Shown here: positions 29,497-37,884 of the stretch, one piece after another
How the letters are laid out: the number at the start of each line of letters is the position of its first letter
Numbering within the stretch: position 1 is the stretch's first letter
NCBI GenBank assembly: GCA_045638545.1
Contig: JAZUBL010000055.1
Coordinates: forward strand, 880 to 64,879
Direction of reading: 5' to 3'
Source of the DNA: Acutalibacteraceae bacterium
GTDB taxonomy: Bacteria > Bacillota > Clostridia > Oscillospirales > Acutalibacteraceae
DNA length: 64,000 nucleotides
The notes under the pieces: model-generated
The model's input: the letters and a program-made list of their open reading frames with translations, nothing else
The model's database searches: none
What the model was told of the DNA's origin: nothing
Program-made: the position numbers and the translations under genes

Positions 29497-30090
29497 ATGG
29501 CAAAGAATAGTCAGCCAGTGCTTAAAAGATGTAAGACTCTTGGCATCGACCCAACAACAATGGGCGTAAACAAGACAACTAACAGAAATCCTAAGCAGGG
29601 CAGAAGAAAGCAGTCCGAGTACGGTCTGCAGCTGAATGAAAAGCAGAAGGCTAAGTTTATTTACGGTGTACTCGAGAAGCAGTTCAGAAAGTACTACGTA
29701 ATGGCTACAAAGCAGGAAGGTGTTACAGGTGAAAACCTGCTCCAGATCCTGGAAAGCAGACTGGACAACGTTGTTTACAGACTCGGTTTTGCTAACACAA
29801 GAAGAGAAGCAAGACAGATGGTAAACCACGGCCACATTACAATTGACGGCGCAAGAGTAGACATTCCGTCTTACCTCGTAAAGCCAGGTCAGGTTGTTTC
29901 CATTAAGGAAAAGAGCCGCAACTCTGTAAGAGTGAAGGAAGTTCTCGAGCAGAACGCTCAGACTCCAGTTCCAGCATGGCTCGACCTCGACAGAAACACA
30001 CTTCAGGGCAAGGTTGTATCCCTGTCCTCCAGAGAAGATATCGACTACGATATCAACGAAACTCTGATCGTTGAGCTGTACTCCAAGTAA
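29497..30090 (+). CDS. rpsD: 30S ribosomal protein S4
   Basis: 197 aa; ..LESRLDNVVYRLGFA.TRREARQMVNHGHI.. Confidence 0.95.
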   Translation: MAKNSQPVLKRCKTLGIDPTTMGVNKTTNRNPKQGRRKQSEYGLQLNEKQKAKFIYGVLEKQFRKYYVMATKQEGVTGENLLQILESRLDNVVYRLGFANTRREARQMVNHGHITIDGARVDIPSYLVKPGQVVSIKEKSRNSVRVKEVLEQNAQTPVPAWLDLDRNTLQGKVVSLSSREDIDYDINETLIVELYSK

Positions 30091-30188
30091 TGCTGCACCT
30101 AGCCTGCCTGGTGCGGGTCAAGTTGTATGCATAATGTACATCGCGGCAATTTATTTGCCGACAGTGTGTTTGAAGGAGGTTCGCAAGA

Positions 30189-31151
30189 ATGATTGAGATA
30201 GAGAGACCAAAGATTGAAACGGAAACATTGTCTGAAGATGGTACCTATGGCTGTTTTGTCGTAGAGCCGCTTGAGCGTGGATTCGGTACAACACTGGGCA
30301 ACAGCCTCAGAAGAGTACTGCTTTCTTCCCTGCCGGGCGTAGCACCAACTTCTATCAAGATTGACGGTGTTGTTCATGAGTTCTCCACAGTTCCAGGAGT
30401 TAAAGAAGACGTTACTGAAATTGTGCTGAACATCAAGGGCCTGATCGCAAGTCTGCACTGCGACGGACCAAAAACTGTGGAAATTGCAGCAGAAGGTCCT
30501 TGCGTTGTAACTGCTGGCTCTATTAAGTGCGACAGCGAAGTTGAAATTCTGAACCCAGATATGCACATTGCTACTCTGAGCGATGGCGCAAAGCTGAACA
30601 TGGAAATTACCCTTGATCGCGGCCGCGGCTATATCTCCGCAGAGCGCAACAAGGCAGCGATGACAGCAAACTCCACCATTGCAATTGGTGTGCTGCCAAT
30701 CGACTCCATCTATACACCGGTTCTGAAGGTTAACTACAATGTTGAACCAACTCGTGTTGGCCAGAGCATCGACTACGATAAGCTCAGCCTCGAGGTTTGG
30801 ACCAATGGTATTATCACAGCGCAGGAAGCAGTTTCCCTGGCTGCTAAAATCCTTACTGAGCACCTGAACCTCTTTGTAGATCTGTCTGACGCAGGCAGCT
30901 CCACAGAGATCATGGTGGAAAAGGATGATAATGGCAAGGAAAAGGCACTGGAGATGACAATTGAAGAGTTGGATCTTTCTGTTCGTTCTTTCAATTGCCT
31001 CAAACGTGCAGGAATCAATACAGTTGAGGATCTCGTAAGCAAGACCGAAGAGGAAATGATGAAGGTCCGCAACCTGGGACGTAAGTCCTTAGAGGAAGTC
31101 ATCTGGAAGCTGGCTTCCCTCGGCTTTAACCTTCACAAGGAAGACGAATAA
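30189..31151 (+). CDS. rpoA: DNA-directed RNA polymerase subunit alpha
   Basis: 320 aa; ..[20 protein letters not shown].. and a C-terminal domain ..[16 protein letters not shown].. Confidence 0.95.
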   Translation: MIEIERPKIETETLSEDGTYGCFVVEPLERGFGTTLGNSLRRVLLSSLPGVAPTSIKIDGVVHEFSTVPGVKEDVTEIVLNIKGLIASLHCDGPKTVEIAAEGPCVVTAGSIKCDSEVEILNPDMHIATLSDGAKLNMEITLDRGRGYISAERNKAAMTANSTIAIGVLPIDSIYTPVLKVNYNVEPTRVGQSIDYDKLSLEVWTNGIITAQEAVSLAAKILTEHLNLFVDLSDAGSSTEIMVEKDDNGKEKALEMTIEELDLSVRSFNCLKRAGINTVEDLVSKTEEEMMKVRNLGRKSLEEVIWKLASLGFNLHKEDE

Positions 31152-31190
31152 TTCCTTGAGGAAGCAAACTAGGTAAAGGAGTGATATACG

Positions 31191-31532
31191 ATGGCAAGAA
31201 CAAGAAAGCTCGGTAGAGCAACTAGCCACAGAACAGCTATGCTCAGAGCAATGGTTACATTTTTGCTGGAGAACGGCAAGATCGAAACAACAGTAACTCG
31301 TGCAAAAGAAGTGCAGTCCTTGACAGAGAAAATGATCACCATCGCTAAGGAAAATACTCTCCACAACAAGCGTATGGTTATGGCTTTCGTAACAAAGGAA
31401 GACGTTACACACAAGTTGTTTGGTGAAATTGCTCCAAAGTATGCAGCACGTAACGGTGGTTACACACGTATCGCTAAGCTCGGTCCAAGACGCGGCGACG
31501 GTGCAGAAATGGCTATCATCGAACTCATCTAA
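31191..31532 (+). CDS. rplQ: 50S ribosomal protein L17
   Basis: 113 aa; ..[18 protein letters not shown].. Confidence 0.95.
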   Translation: MARTRKLGRATSHRTAMLRAMVTFLLENGKIETTVTRAKEVQSLTEKMITIAKENTLHNKRMVMAFVTKEDVTHKLFGEIAPKYAARNGGYTRIAKLGPRRGDGAEMAIIELI

Positions 31533-31554
31533 GTTCGATCCCATATATAACAAA

Positions 31555-31586
31555 AGCCCCCTCGGTTATGCCGGGTGGGCTTTTTC
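31555..31586 (+). terminator. Intrinsic terminator closing the alpha operon
   Basis: AGCCCCCTCGG-TTATG-CCGGGTGGGCT followed by TTTTT. Confidence 0.7.
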
Positions 31587-31631
31587 TATGCATTTCTTTG
31601 TGTTATAATGTAAGTAAAGAGGGTGAGTTGC

Positions 31632-32222
31632 ATGATCAAGCGAATTCGATTCGATGAATATCAGGATTTTAATTTTGAAAATATGAAGCCATGTCCGAAA
31701 GGAGAGCTTGATTATCTGAATATTGTAGACTATCATAAGTTTATCCAATACGCTTGTGAGACCTGTGATACGTTTTGTCTCAGCGATAATTCAGAATATC
31801 TGATGGGACTTGATTGCGTGGACAAAGATGCCAAGCAGCAGTATCACGCGGTGCTACAAAATCTGGAACCATATTTGGTGAGAAAAGAATATATTTGTGA
31901 TAGACAGTCAACGTATACAGGCACCTGTTATCTGAATACTCATATTTGTCATTACAAATGTTGTCCGGAAACAGAAACCATCTTACTGGAGAAAAATAGT
32001 GTGTTTGATTGGTCATTTGAAGTCGGTTCTCCAGAGGAACTGTGTTTCTTCCGAGAAGAAAATGTTTGGTATTACTGCATTACCCATGAGGAGCATGATG
32101 GTTTATTAAACTATACGCAGGCAGATATTGATGTATTAGATGGTGACGGCATTATGGAATATAATTGGCTTTTTGATGATTATGCTGAAATGGAGGTCTC
32201 TGATGAAAAAGCTGCAGACTAA
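31632..32222 (+). CDS. Hypothetical Cys/aromatic-rich cytoplasmic protein, paralog 1
   Basis: 196 aa from the ATG 8 nt after AAAGAGGG. Clearly homologous to the next ORF (KFIQYACETC/KFIHYAISTC; LEPYL; YTGT.Y; H/YY.CC; SVFDW; P.ELCF; WYYC..HE). No family recognised. Confidence 0.6.
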   Translation: MIKRIRFDEYQDFNFENMKPCPKGELDYLNIVDYHKFIQYACETCDTFCLSDNSEYLMGLDCVDKDAKQQYHAVLQNLEPYLVRKEYICDRQSTYTGTCYLNTHICHYKCCPETETILLEKNSVFDWSFEVGSPEELCFFREENVWYYCITHEEHDGLLNYTQADIDVLDGDGIMEYNWLFDDYAEMEVSDEKAAD

Positions 32223-32715
32223 ATATGAAAAGTTTATCCACTACGCAATATCCACATGTACTTCGTTTAGTCTGAATCATGTAATTGACCACTTTGAGGA
32301 TCTGGTCGGTGAGCCAAAGGGCAGATATGCTGGCATTCTCCGTGATCTTGAACCATATCTGATTAAAACAGTTGAACTAGGTGATGATTGGTCACCTTAT
32401 ACCGGCACTAATTATCCGAATGCTGATATTCACTATTATCGCTGCTGTTATGCTACGGAAATGATTCTCCGCCGCTGTCAGAGTGTGTTTGACTGGTGCT
32501 ACCATAATGACTTACCGGATGAACTCTGTTTTCATCGCGGAAAGAGTAATTGGTATTACTGTGTTGCTCACGAGAATGAAGACCGTTTTAATTTTATGAC
32601 CAAAGAAGATATTGAGTTTTTTAAAGAAGCGAAAATAGATATTTATCATTGGGAAAAGAGTCGATATAATCCCGTAGATAACTGGACAGTTTCCTGGGAT
32701 TCCTACATTAAATAA
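32203..32715 (+). CDS. Hypothetical Cys/aromatic-rich cytoplasmic protein, paralog 2
   Basis: 170 aa from the ATG 6 nt after GGAGG (MKKLQTKYEKFIHY..). It overlaps paralog 1 by 20 nt. The ORF-track start at 32140 is not supported. Confidence 0.6.
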   Translation: MKKLQTKYEKFIHYAISTCTSFSLNHVIDHFEDLVGEPKGRYAGILRDLEPYLIKTVELGDDWSPYTGTNYPNADIHYYRCCYATEMILRRCQSVFDWCYHNDLPDELCFHRGKSNWYYCVAHENEDRFNFMTKEDIEFFKEAKIDIYHWEKSRYNPVDNWTVSWDSYIK

Positions 32716-32718
32716 GCG

Positions 32719-32760
32719 CAAAAAAGGAACCGGCAGATTACTCTGTCGGTTCCTTTTTTA
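32719..32760. terminator. Bidirectional terminator between paralog 2 and serA
   Basis: 12-bp stem AGGAACCGGCAG / CTGTCGGTTCCT flanked by AAAAAA and TTTTTT. Confidence 0.75.
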
Positions 32761-32781
32761 TGTTTATGTTATGGTGTTATC

Positions 32782-33945
32782 TTATTTGATTACACGAACT
32801 CTTACAACGCCATCAACAGCAGCGATCACTGCAACGCTTGCGTCTGTAATTTCGCCGTCAACATCGATCAGAGCATAAGCCATATCCTTCTTGGACTTAC
32901 TCTGCATGTTCTCAATATTCAGACCCTGAGCGCCAACAACTGTTGTCAGCTTGCTGAGGATGTTAGGGATGTTCTTGTGGAGAATGCAGATTCTGTGGCC
33001 GTGCTCACGTGGCATGGAAACGTTCGGGAAGTTTACGGAGTTGGTGATGTTACCGTTCTCCAGGTAATCCTTCAGTTCGTCAGCTGCCATCACTGCACAG
33101 TTGTCCTCAGATTCCGGTGTGGAAGCGCCAAGGTGTGGGATTGGTGTTACGTTTGCAACGTCGAGGAGATCGTCGGATGGGAAGTCTGTTACATAAGCTG
33201 CAACCTTACCATCGTTGAGGGCTGTGATCAGCTCTGCAGAGTTAGCCAGATCACCACGAGCGAAGTTCACGATGCGAACGCCGTCCTTCATCTTTGCGAT
33301 GGAAGCTGCGCCGATCATGCCCTTGGTTTCTGGTGTCAGTGGCAGGTGCAGTGTGATGTAGTCGGACTTTGCATAGATCTCATCCAGAGTAGCAACTACG
33401 GAAACTGCTGGGTTCAGGTGAAGTGCTGCATTTACGGACAGGAATGGATCGTAACCAACAACCTTCATGCCCAGTGCAACTGCTGCGTTAGCAACCAGAG
33501 CACCGATTGCGCCGAGACCTACAACGCCCAGTGTTTTGCCCATGATTTCAGGGCCAACATAGTTGGACTTGCCCTTTTCAACCATCTTGCCAACCTGGTC
33601 GCCGTTGCCCTTGAGGGACTTTGCCCACTCAATACCAGCAGCTACCTTACGGGAAGAGAGGAGGAGACCAGCCAGAACCAGTTCCTTAACAGCGTTAGCG
33701 TTTGCGCCTGGTGTGTTGAATACAACGATACCAGCTTCGCTGCAGCGGTCGATCGGAATGTTGTTTGTGCCTGCGCCAGCTCTTGCAATTGCCAGCAGAT
33801 TGTCATTGAATTCCATTTCGTGCATAGCAGCGGAACGAACCATGATTGCATCTGGGTTTGCAACTTCTGTGCCTACGTTATAGTTATCGCCAAGGCGGTC
33901 TGTGCCGATGGCTGCGATTTTATTTAAGCAATTAATTTGGAACAT
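32782..33945 (-). CDS. serA: D-3-phosphoglycerate dehydrogenase (short form with C-terminal ACT domain)
   Basis: 387 aa from the ATG (MFQINCLNKI..) after AAGGTGA. NAD motif GVVGLGAIG. The ORF-track GTG at 33954 lies within the RBS. Confidence 0.85.
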   Translation of the reverse strand: MFQINCLNKIAAIGTDRLGDNYNVGTEVANPDAIMVRSAAMHEMEFNDNLLAIARAGAGTNNIPIDRCSEAGIVVFNTPGANANAVKELVLAGLLLSSRKVAAGIEWAKSLKGNGDQVGKMVEKGKSNYVGPEIMGKTLGVVGLGAIGALVANAAVALGMKVVGYDPFLSVNAALHLNPAVSVVATLDEIYAKSDYITLHLPLTPETKGMIGAASIAKMKDGVRIVNFARGDLANSAELITALNDGKVAAYVTDFPSDDLLDVANVTPIPHLGASTPESEDNCAVMAADELKDYLENGNITNSVNFPNVSMPREHGHRICILHKNIPNILSKLTTVVGAQGLNIENMQSKSKKDMAYALIDVDGEITDASVAVIAAVDGVVRVRVIK

Positions 33946-33976
33946 TTTTATCACCTTGATATATTATAAAATGAAA

Positions 33977-35065
33977 TTACTTCAGGTTTTCAGCTTCGAA
34001 CTTAGCCATGAAGTCTACCAGTGCCTGAACGCCTTCGATTGGCATTGCGTTGTAGATGGAAGCGCGCATGCCGCCAACGGAACGGTGGCCCTTGATGTTA
34101 ACGAAGTCGTTTGCTGTAGCTTCCTTAATGAACTTTGCATCCAGTTCTTCGTCGCCTGTTACAAATGGAACGTTCATGAGGGAACGGTCTTCCGGAACAA
34201 CTGTGCCCTTGAAGAGCTTGGAGTTGTCGAGGAAATCGTAAAGGATTGCTGCCTTCTTTTCGTTGAGTTCCTTCATCTTCTCGAGGCCGCCGATGTCATT
34301 CTTAACCCACTCGAGAACCAGCTTAGCAATGTAGATTGCGTAGCAAGGTGGTGTGTTGTAGAGGGAATCGTTGTCAGCCTGTGTTCTGTAGTCGAACATT
34401 GTTGGTGTCTTATCCAGTGGCTCGCCGAGGAGATCCTCACGGATGATAACAACTGTCAGACCTGCAGGACCCATGTTCTTTTGTGCGCCTGCATAGAGGA
34501 GACCAAACTTGGAAACGTCGATTGGCTCACTGAGGATGCAGGAAGAAATGTCTGCTACCAGCGGAACGTCACCTGTCTCTGGCAGAGTGTGGAACTTTGT
34601 GCCGTAGATTGTGTTGTTCATGCAGATGTGGAAGTAGTCAGCATCCTTGGAGAATGTAGCTGGATCCAGCTTTGGAATATAGGAGAAGGTCTTGTCCTTG
34701 GAAGAAGCAACGATGTTAGCTTCGCCATAGCGAGCAGCTTCTTTCTGAGCCTTAGTAGCCCACTGACCTGTGATAACGAAGTCAGCCTTGCCGTTCTTTG
34801 TCATCAGGTTCATTGGGATCATGGAGAACTGGGAAGATGCGCCGCCCTGGAGGAACAGTACCTTGTAGTTTTCCGGAATATTCATAACCTCACGGAGAAG
34901 CTTTTCACAGTCCTTGATGATGGAATCATAAACCTTGGAACGGTGAGACATCTCCATTACGGATTGGCCGCTGCCCTGGTAGTCGAGCATTTCTTCAGCA
35001 GCGATCTTCAGAACGCTTTCTGGAAGGATGGATGGGCCAGCGGAAAAGTTGTAAACACGTTTCAT
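33977..35065 (-). CDS. serC: Phosphoserine aminotransferase
   Basis: 362 aa from MKRVYNFSAGPSILPESVL.. after GGAGG. The ORF-track start at 35113 adds 16 unsupported residues. Confidence 0.9.
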   Translation of the reverse strand: MKRVYNFSAGPSILPESVLKIAAEEMLDYQGSGQSVMEMSHRSKVYDSIIKDCEKLLREVMNIPENYKVLFLQGGASSQFSMIPMNLMTKNGKADFVITGQWATKAQKEAARYGEANIVASSKDKTFSYIPKLDPATFSKDADYFHICMNNTIYGTKFHTLPETGDVPLVADISSCILSEPIDVSKFGLLYAGAQKNMGPAGLTVVIIREDLLGEPLDKTPTMFDYRTQADNDSLYNTPPCYAIYIAKLVLEWVKNDIGGLEKMKELNEKKAAILYDFLDNSKLFKGTVVPEDRSLMNVPFVTGDEELDAKFIKEATANDFVNIKGHRSVGGMRASIYNAMPIEGVQALVDFMAKFEAENLK

Positions 35066-35145
35066 CAGTGTATACCTCCAATATAGATAAAAAGTTTCAG
35101 AAATTTGACACAATTGACGAACGTGCCAAACTTCGATACCATTTC

Positions 35146-35174
35146 ATTATATTCCTTTGTGAAAATCATGTCAA
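35146..35174 (-). promoter_or_regulatory. Promoter of serC-serA
   Basis: The minus strand reads TTGACA-17 nt-TATAAT. Confidence 0.55.
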
Positions 35175-35221
35175 CACGGATGGCACAATTCATGGTATGA
35201 AATCACCAAATTTTGTCATGT

Positions 35222-35238
35222 ATGTGACTTTTTCACAT
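35222..35238. promoter_or_regulatory. 17-nt perfect palindrome ATGTGACTTTTTCACAT (candidate regulator site)
   Basis: TGTGA-N5-TCACA core in the divergent serC / DRTGG-operon intergenic region. Confidence 0.3.
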
Positions 35239-35354
35239 TGATTTTGTATGTTTTGCCTGTGAATTAAATAACAAAATGGAGATAATTGCAAAAAATAGCT
35301 GTTTAAATTCTACATGGAACAGAACAGAAATCCGTACCAAATATGTATTCTATA

Positions 35355-35368
35355 TGTTATAATATAAT
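35355..35368 (+). promoter_or_regulatory. Extended -10 element(s) for the DRTGG-kinase-sensor operon
   Basis: TGtTATAAT with a second overlapping TATAAT, embedded in the inverted repeat TATATGT-N11-ACATATA (35351-35375). Confidence 0.4.
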
Positions 35369-35429
35369 ACATATAACTTCGTTTAAAGAAAATACTTATG
35401 CTTTTTGCAACAGAAATGGAGAGCTTACC

Positions 35430-35783
35430 ATGAAATTAAAAGAACTCTTAGAGTGCATTGATGCTGAAATAGTTGTCGACGCCGGCAATCTGGACACTGA
35501 TATTAAATGTGCCTGCGGCAGTGATATGATGAGCGATGTGCTTGCATTTGCGAAAGATCAGTCTGTATTTCTCACAGGTCTGATGAATCCGCAGGTTGTG
35601 CGCACAGCAGAAATGATGGATATGCGCTGCATCATTTTTGTACGCGGCAAAGTTGTGGATGACATGGTGAAGAATCTTGCAGAACAGATGGGCGTAACAA
35701 TTGCGACCACAAAATGCACAATGTTTACAGCCTGCGGCCGTATGTATGCAAATGGAATCAGAGGAGCGCGTGAGAAAGAATGA
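35430..35783 (+). CDS. DRTGG-domain protein (single domain, 117 aa)
   Basis: MKLKELLECIDAEIVV..SDMMSDVLAF..VFLTGLMNPQVVRTAEMMD..IIFVRGK. This resembles the small DRTGG proteins encoded beside clostridial hydrogenase loci (from memory). The ORF-track start at 35343 lies in the promoter. Confidence 0.65.
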   Translation: MKLKELLECIDAEIVVDAGNLDTDIKCACGSDMMSDVLAFAKDQSVFLTGLMNPQVVRTAEMMDMRCIIFVRGKVVDDMVKNLAEQMGVTIATTKCTMFTACGRMYANGIRGAREKE

Positions 35784-36199
35784 AACCGTTAACTTTAGAG
35801 TTTGTTGTACCAGGTGATGATTTTACCCGTGCGGGCGAAGCATCCAGCAAAGTGAAAAACATGCTGAAGCGTGTTGGCTATTCTTCTGACTGTATTCGCC
35901 GTGTAGCAATCGCTATGTACGAAGGTGAAATCAACATGGTAATCCACGGCGGCGGCGGTGTTGCTTATGTGGAGATTTATCCGGACCGCGTAGAGATTTC
36001 TCTGGTGGATGAAGGCCCTGGTATTGAAGATATTGAGAAGGCAATGCAGGAAGGTTTTTCCACAGCGCCTGATAATGTACGTACACTTGGTTTTGGCGCC
36101 GGTATGGGTCTGCCGAACATTAAAAAATATACAGATGGCATGAAGCTGGAGTCCGAAGTAGGCAAGGGCACAAAGCTGTTCATGATGATCAAGGCATAA
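35780..36199 (+). CDS. SpoIIAB-like single-domain GHKL ATPase / Ser-Thr protein kinase (anti-sigma-factor-type)
   Basis: 139 aa with an ATGA overlap onto the previous gene. N-box-like EGEINMVIH, G1 DEGPGI, G2 GFGAGMGLPN. No DHp/His domain. Confidence 0.7.
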   Translation: MKPLTLEFVVPGDDFTRAGEASSKVKNMLKRVGYSSDCIRRVAIAMYEGEINMVIHGGGGVAYVEIYPDRVEISLVDEGPGIEDIEKAMQEGFSTAPDNVRTLGFGAGMGLPNIKKYTDGMKLESEVGKGTKLFMMIKA

Positions 36200-36227
36200 C
36201 AGTCGAAAGAATTCGAGAGGTGAAAGG

Positions 36228-37559
36228 ATGAATCGTTTTTTTCATTCTGTTACATTAGATTACGATAAATGTGTAGGATGCACCAATTGTGTCAAGCACT
36301 GTCCAACAGAAGCTATTCGTATTCGAGAAGGCAAAGCGATTATCATACCAGAGCGCTGCATTGACTGCGGTGAATGTATCCGCGTCTGTCCGCACAGGGC
36401 AAAAAAAGCACGCTATGACTCGCTTGCAGACATGGATAAATTTGAATATAAAATTGCACTGCCGGCACCGTCCTTATATGGCCAGTTCAGCAATCTGGAC
36501 GAGATCGACCTGGTTCTGACCGGTCTGCGCGATTTGGGCTTTGATGAAGTGTACGAAGTTTCCAGAGCAGCGGAGCTTGTCTCGGAGGCTACCAGAAAAC
36601 TGATGCAGAGCGGCCATCTGCAGATTCCTGTAATCAGCTCCGCCTGTCCGGCAATCGTTCGTCTGATCCGTGTGCGTTTCCCGGATCTGTGCAGCCATGT
36701 ACTGCCTCTGAACGCGCCAATGGAAACAGCTGCCTGCCTTGCAAAAGAAGAGGTATCAGAGCGCCTGCAGATTCCAAAAGAGAAAATCGGTGCTGTATTT
36801 ATTACACCGTGCCCTGCAAAGGTGACCGACATTAAAGTACCGATCGGCACAGATCGTTCTGATGTGGATCTGGCGGTTCCGATCAGCGAAATTTTCCCGA
36901 AGCTGGCTGATCAGATGAAAAAAGTAACACAGTCAGAAAATCTGGCCAAGTCTGGTGTGATTGGCGTTGGCTGGGCATCCAGCGGCGGCGAGTCCGCAGG
37001 TTTGCTCCGTGAAAAATATCTGGCAGCAGACGGCATTGAAAACTGTATTCGTGTTCTGGAAGATCTGGAAGATGAGAAAATCCGCGGCCTGGATTTCATT
37101 GAGCTGAACGCCTGCAGCGGCGGCTGTGTTGGCGGTGTTGCCTGTGTGGAAAATGCTTACGTTGCAAAAGCAAGACTGCAGCATCTGCGCAAATATCTGC
37201 CGATTTCCAGAAACCATCTGATCAACAATATCCCATATTGCATGGAGTGGAATGAAGATCTGGAATATGCGCCTGTAATGAAATTGTCCGACGACATTTC
37301 TGAGGCAATGGCAATGATGATGGAGATTGATGACATCTGCAGTGAGCTGCCGGGCATGGACTGTGGTTCCTGTGGCGCACCATCCTGCCGTGCGCTTGCA
37401 GAAGATGTTGTACGCGGTGACGCAAAAAAGAGTGATTGTATCTTTATTCTGCGTGATGAAATTCAGCTGATGGCGGAGAAACTGGCAGAACTGAGCAGCA
37501 GCCAGTTCCCGACCGGTGCATCAAACCGCAAGAGAAAAGGTGGAGAAAATGAAAATTAA
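36228..37559 (+). CDS. [FeFe]-hydrogenase-like Fe-S protein (2x[4Fe-4S] ferredoxin N-terminus, H-domain-like core, C-terminal RnfB/CFeSP-type Fe-S domain); putative sensor
   Basis: 443 aa. N-terminal motifs CVGCTNCVKHCP and CIDCGECIRVCP. H-cluster-like motifs are SSACPA (L1), TPCPAK (L2) and ELNACSGGCVGG (L3). C-terminal CGSCGAPSC-x16-C. No PAS domain was seen. Confidence 0.75.
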   Translation: MNRFFHSVTLDYDKCVGCTNCVKHCPTEAIRIREGKAIIIPERCIDCGECIRVCPHRAKKARYDSLADMDKFEYKIALPAPSLYGQFSNLDEIDLVLTGLRDLGFDEVYEVSRAAELVSEATRKLMQSGHLQIPVISSACPAIVRLIRVRFPDLCSHVLPLNAPMETAACLAKEEVSERLQIPKEKIGAVFITPCPAKVTDIKVPIGTDRSDVDLAVPISEIFPKLADQMKKVTQSENLAKSGVIGVGWASSGGESAGLLREKYLAADGIENCIRVLEDLEDEKIRGLDFIELNACSGGCVGGVACVENAYVAKARLQHLRKYLPISRNHLINNIPYCMEWNEDLEYAPVMKLSDDISEAMAMMMEIDDICSELPGMDCGSCGAPSCRALAEDVVRGDAKKSDCIFILRDEIQLMAEKLAELSSSQFPTGASNRKRKGGENEN

Positions 37560-37881
37560 AGAATTAGCAGAACAGTGTGGTCTGCAGGTGCTTACCTGTC
37601 CTGATCAGCTGGATAGAGAAATTAGAGGCTGCTATATTGGTGACCTGTTAAGCTGGGCTATGGGTAAAGTGCAGGCAGACGACGTCTGGCTGACCGTAAT
37701 GGGCAACCTGAATGCGGTAGCGGTTTCTGTTCTGACAGATGCTGCCTGCATTGTACTGGTAGACAATGCATCACTGGATAAAGATGCGGAAGCAAAAGCA
37801 AACCAGCAGGATGTAGTGATTCTTTCCGGCAAACAAGGCGCTTTTGACCTTGCAATTCAGATTTCGGAGATGTTACGTTAG
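37549..37881 (+). CDS. DRTGG-domain protein (single domain, 110 aa)
   Basis: MKIKELAEQCGLQVL..IGDLLSWAMG..VWLTVMGNLNAVAVSVL.. A paralog of the 35430 gene. It starts 11 nt inside the preceding ORF, after AAAGGTGGAG. Confidence 0.65.
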   Translation: MKIKELAEQCGLQVLTCPDQLDREIRGCYIGDLLSWAMGKVQADDVWLTVMGNLNAVAVSVLTDAACIVLVDNASLDKDAEAKANQQDVVILSGKQGAFDLAIQISEMLR

Positions 37882-37884
37882 ATT

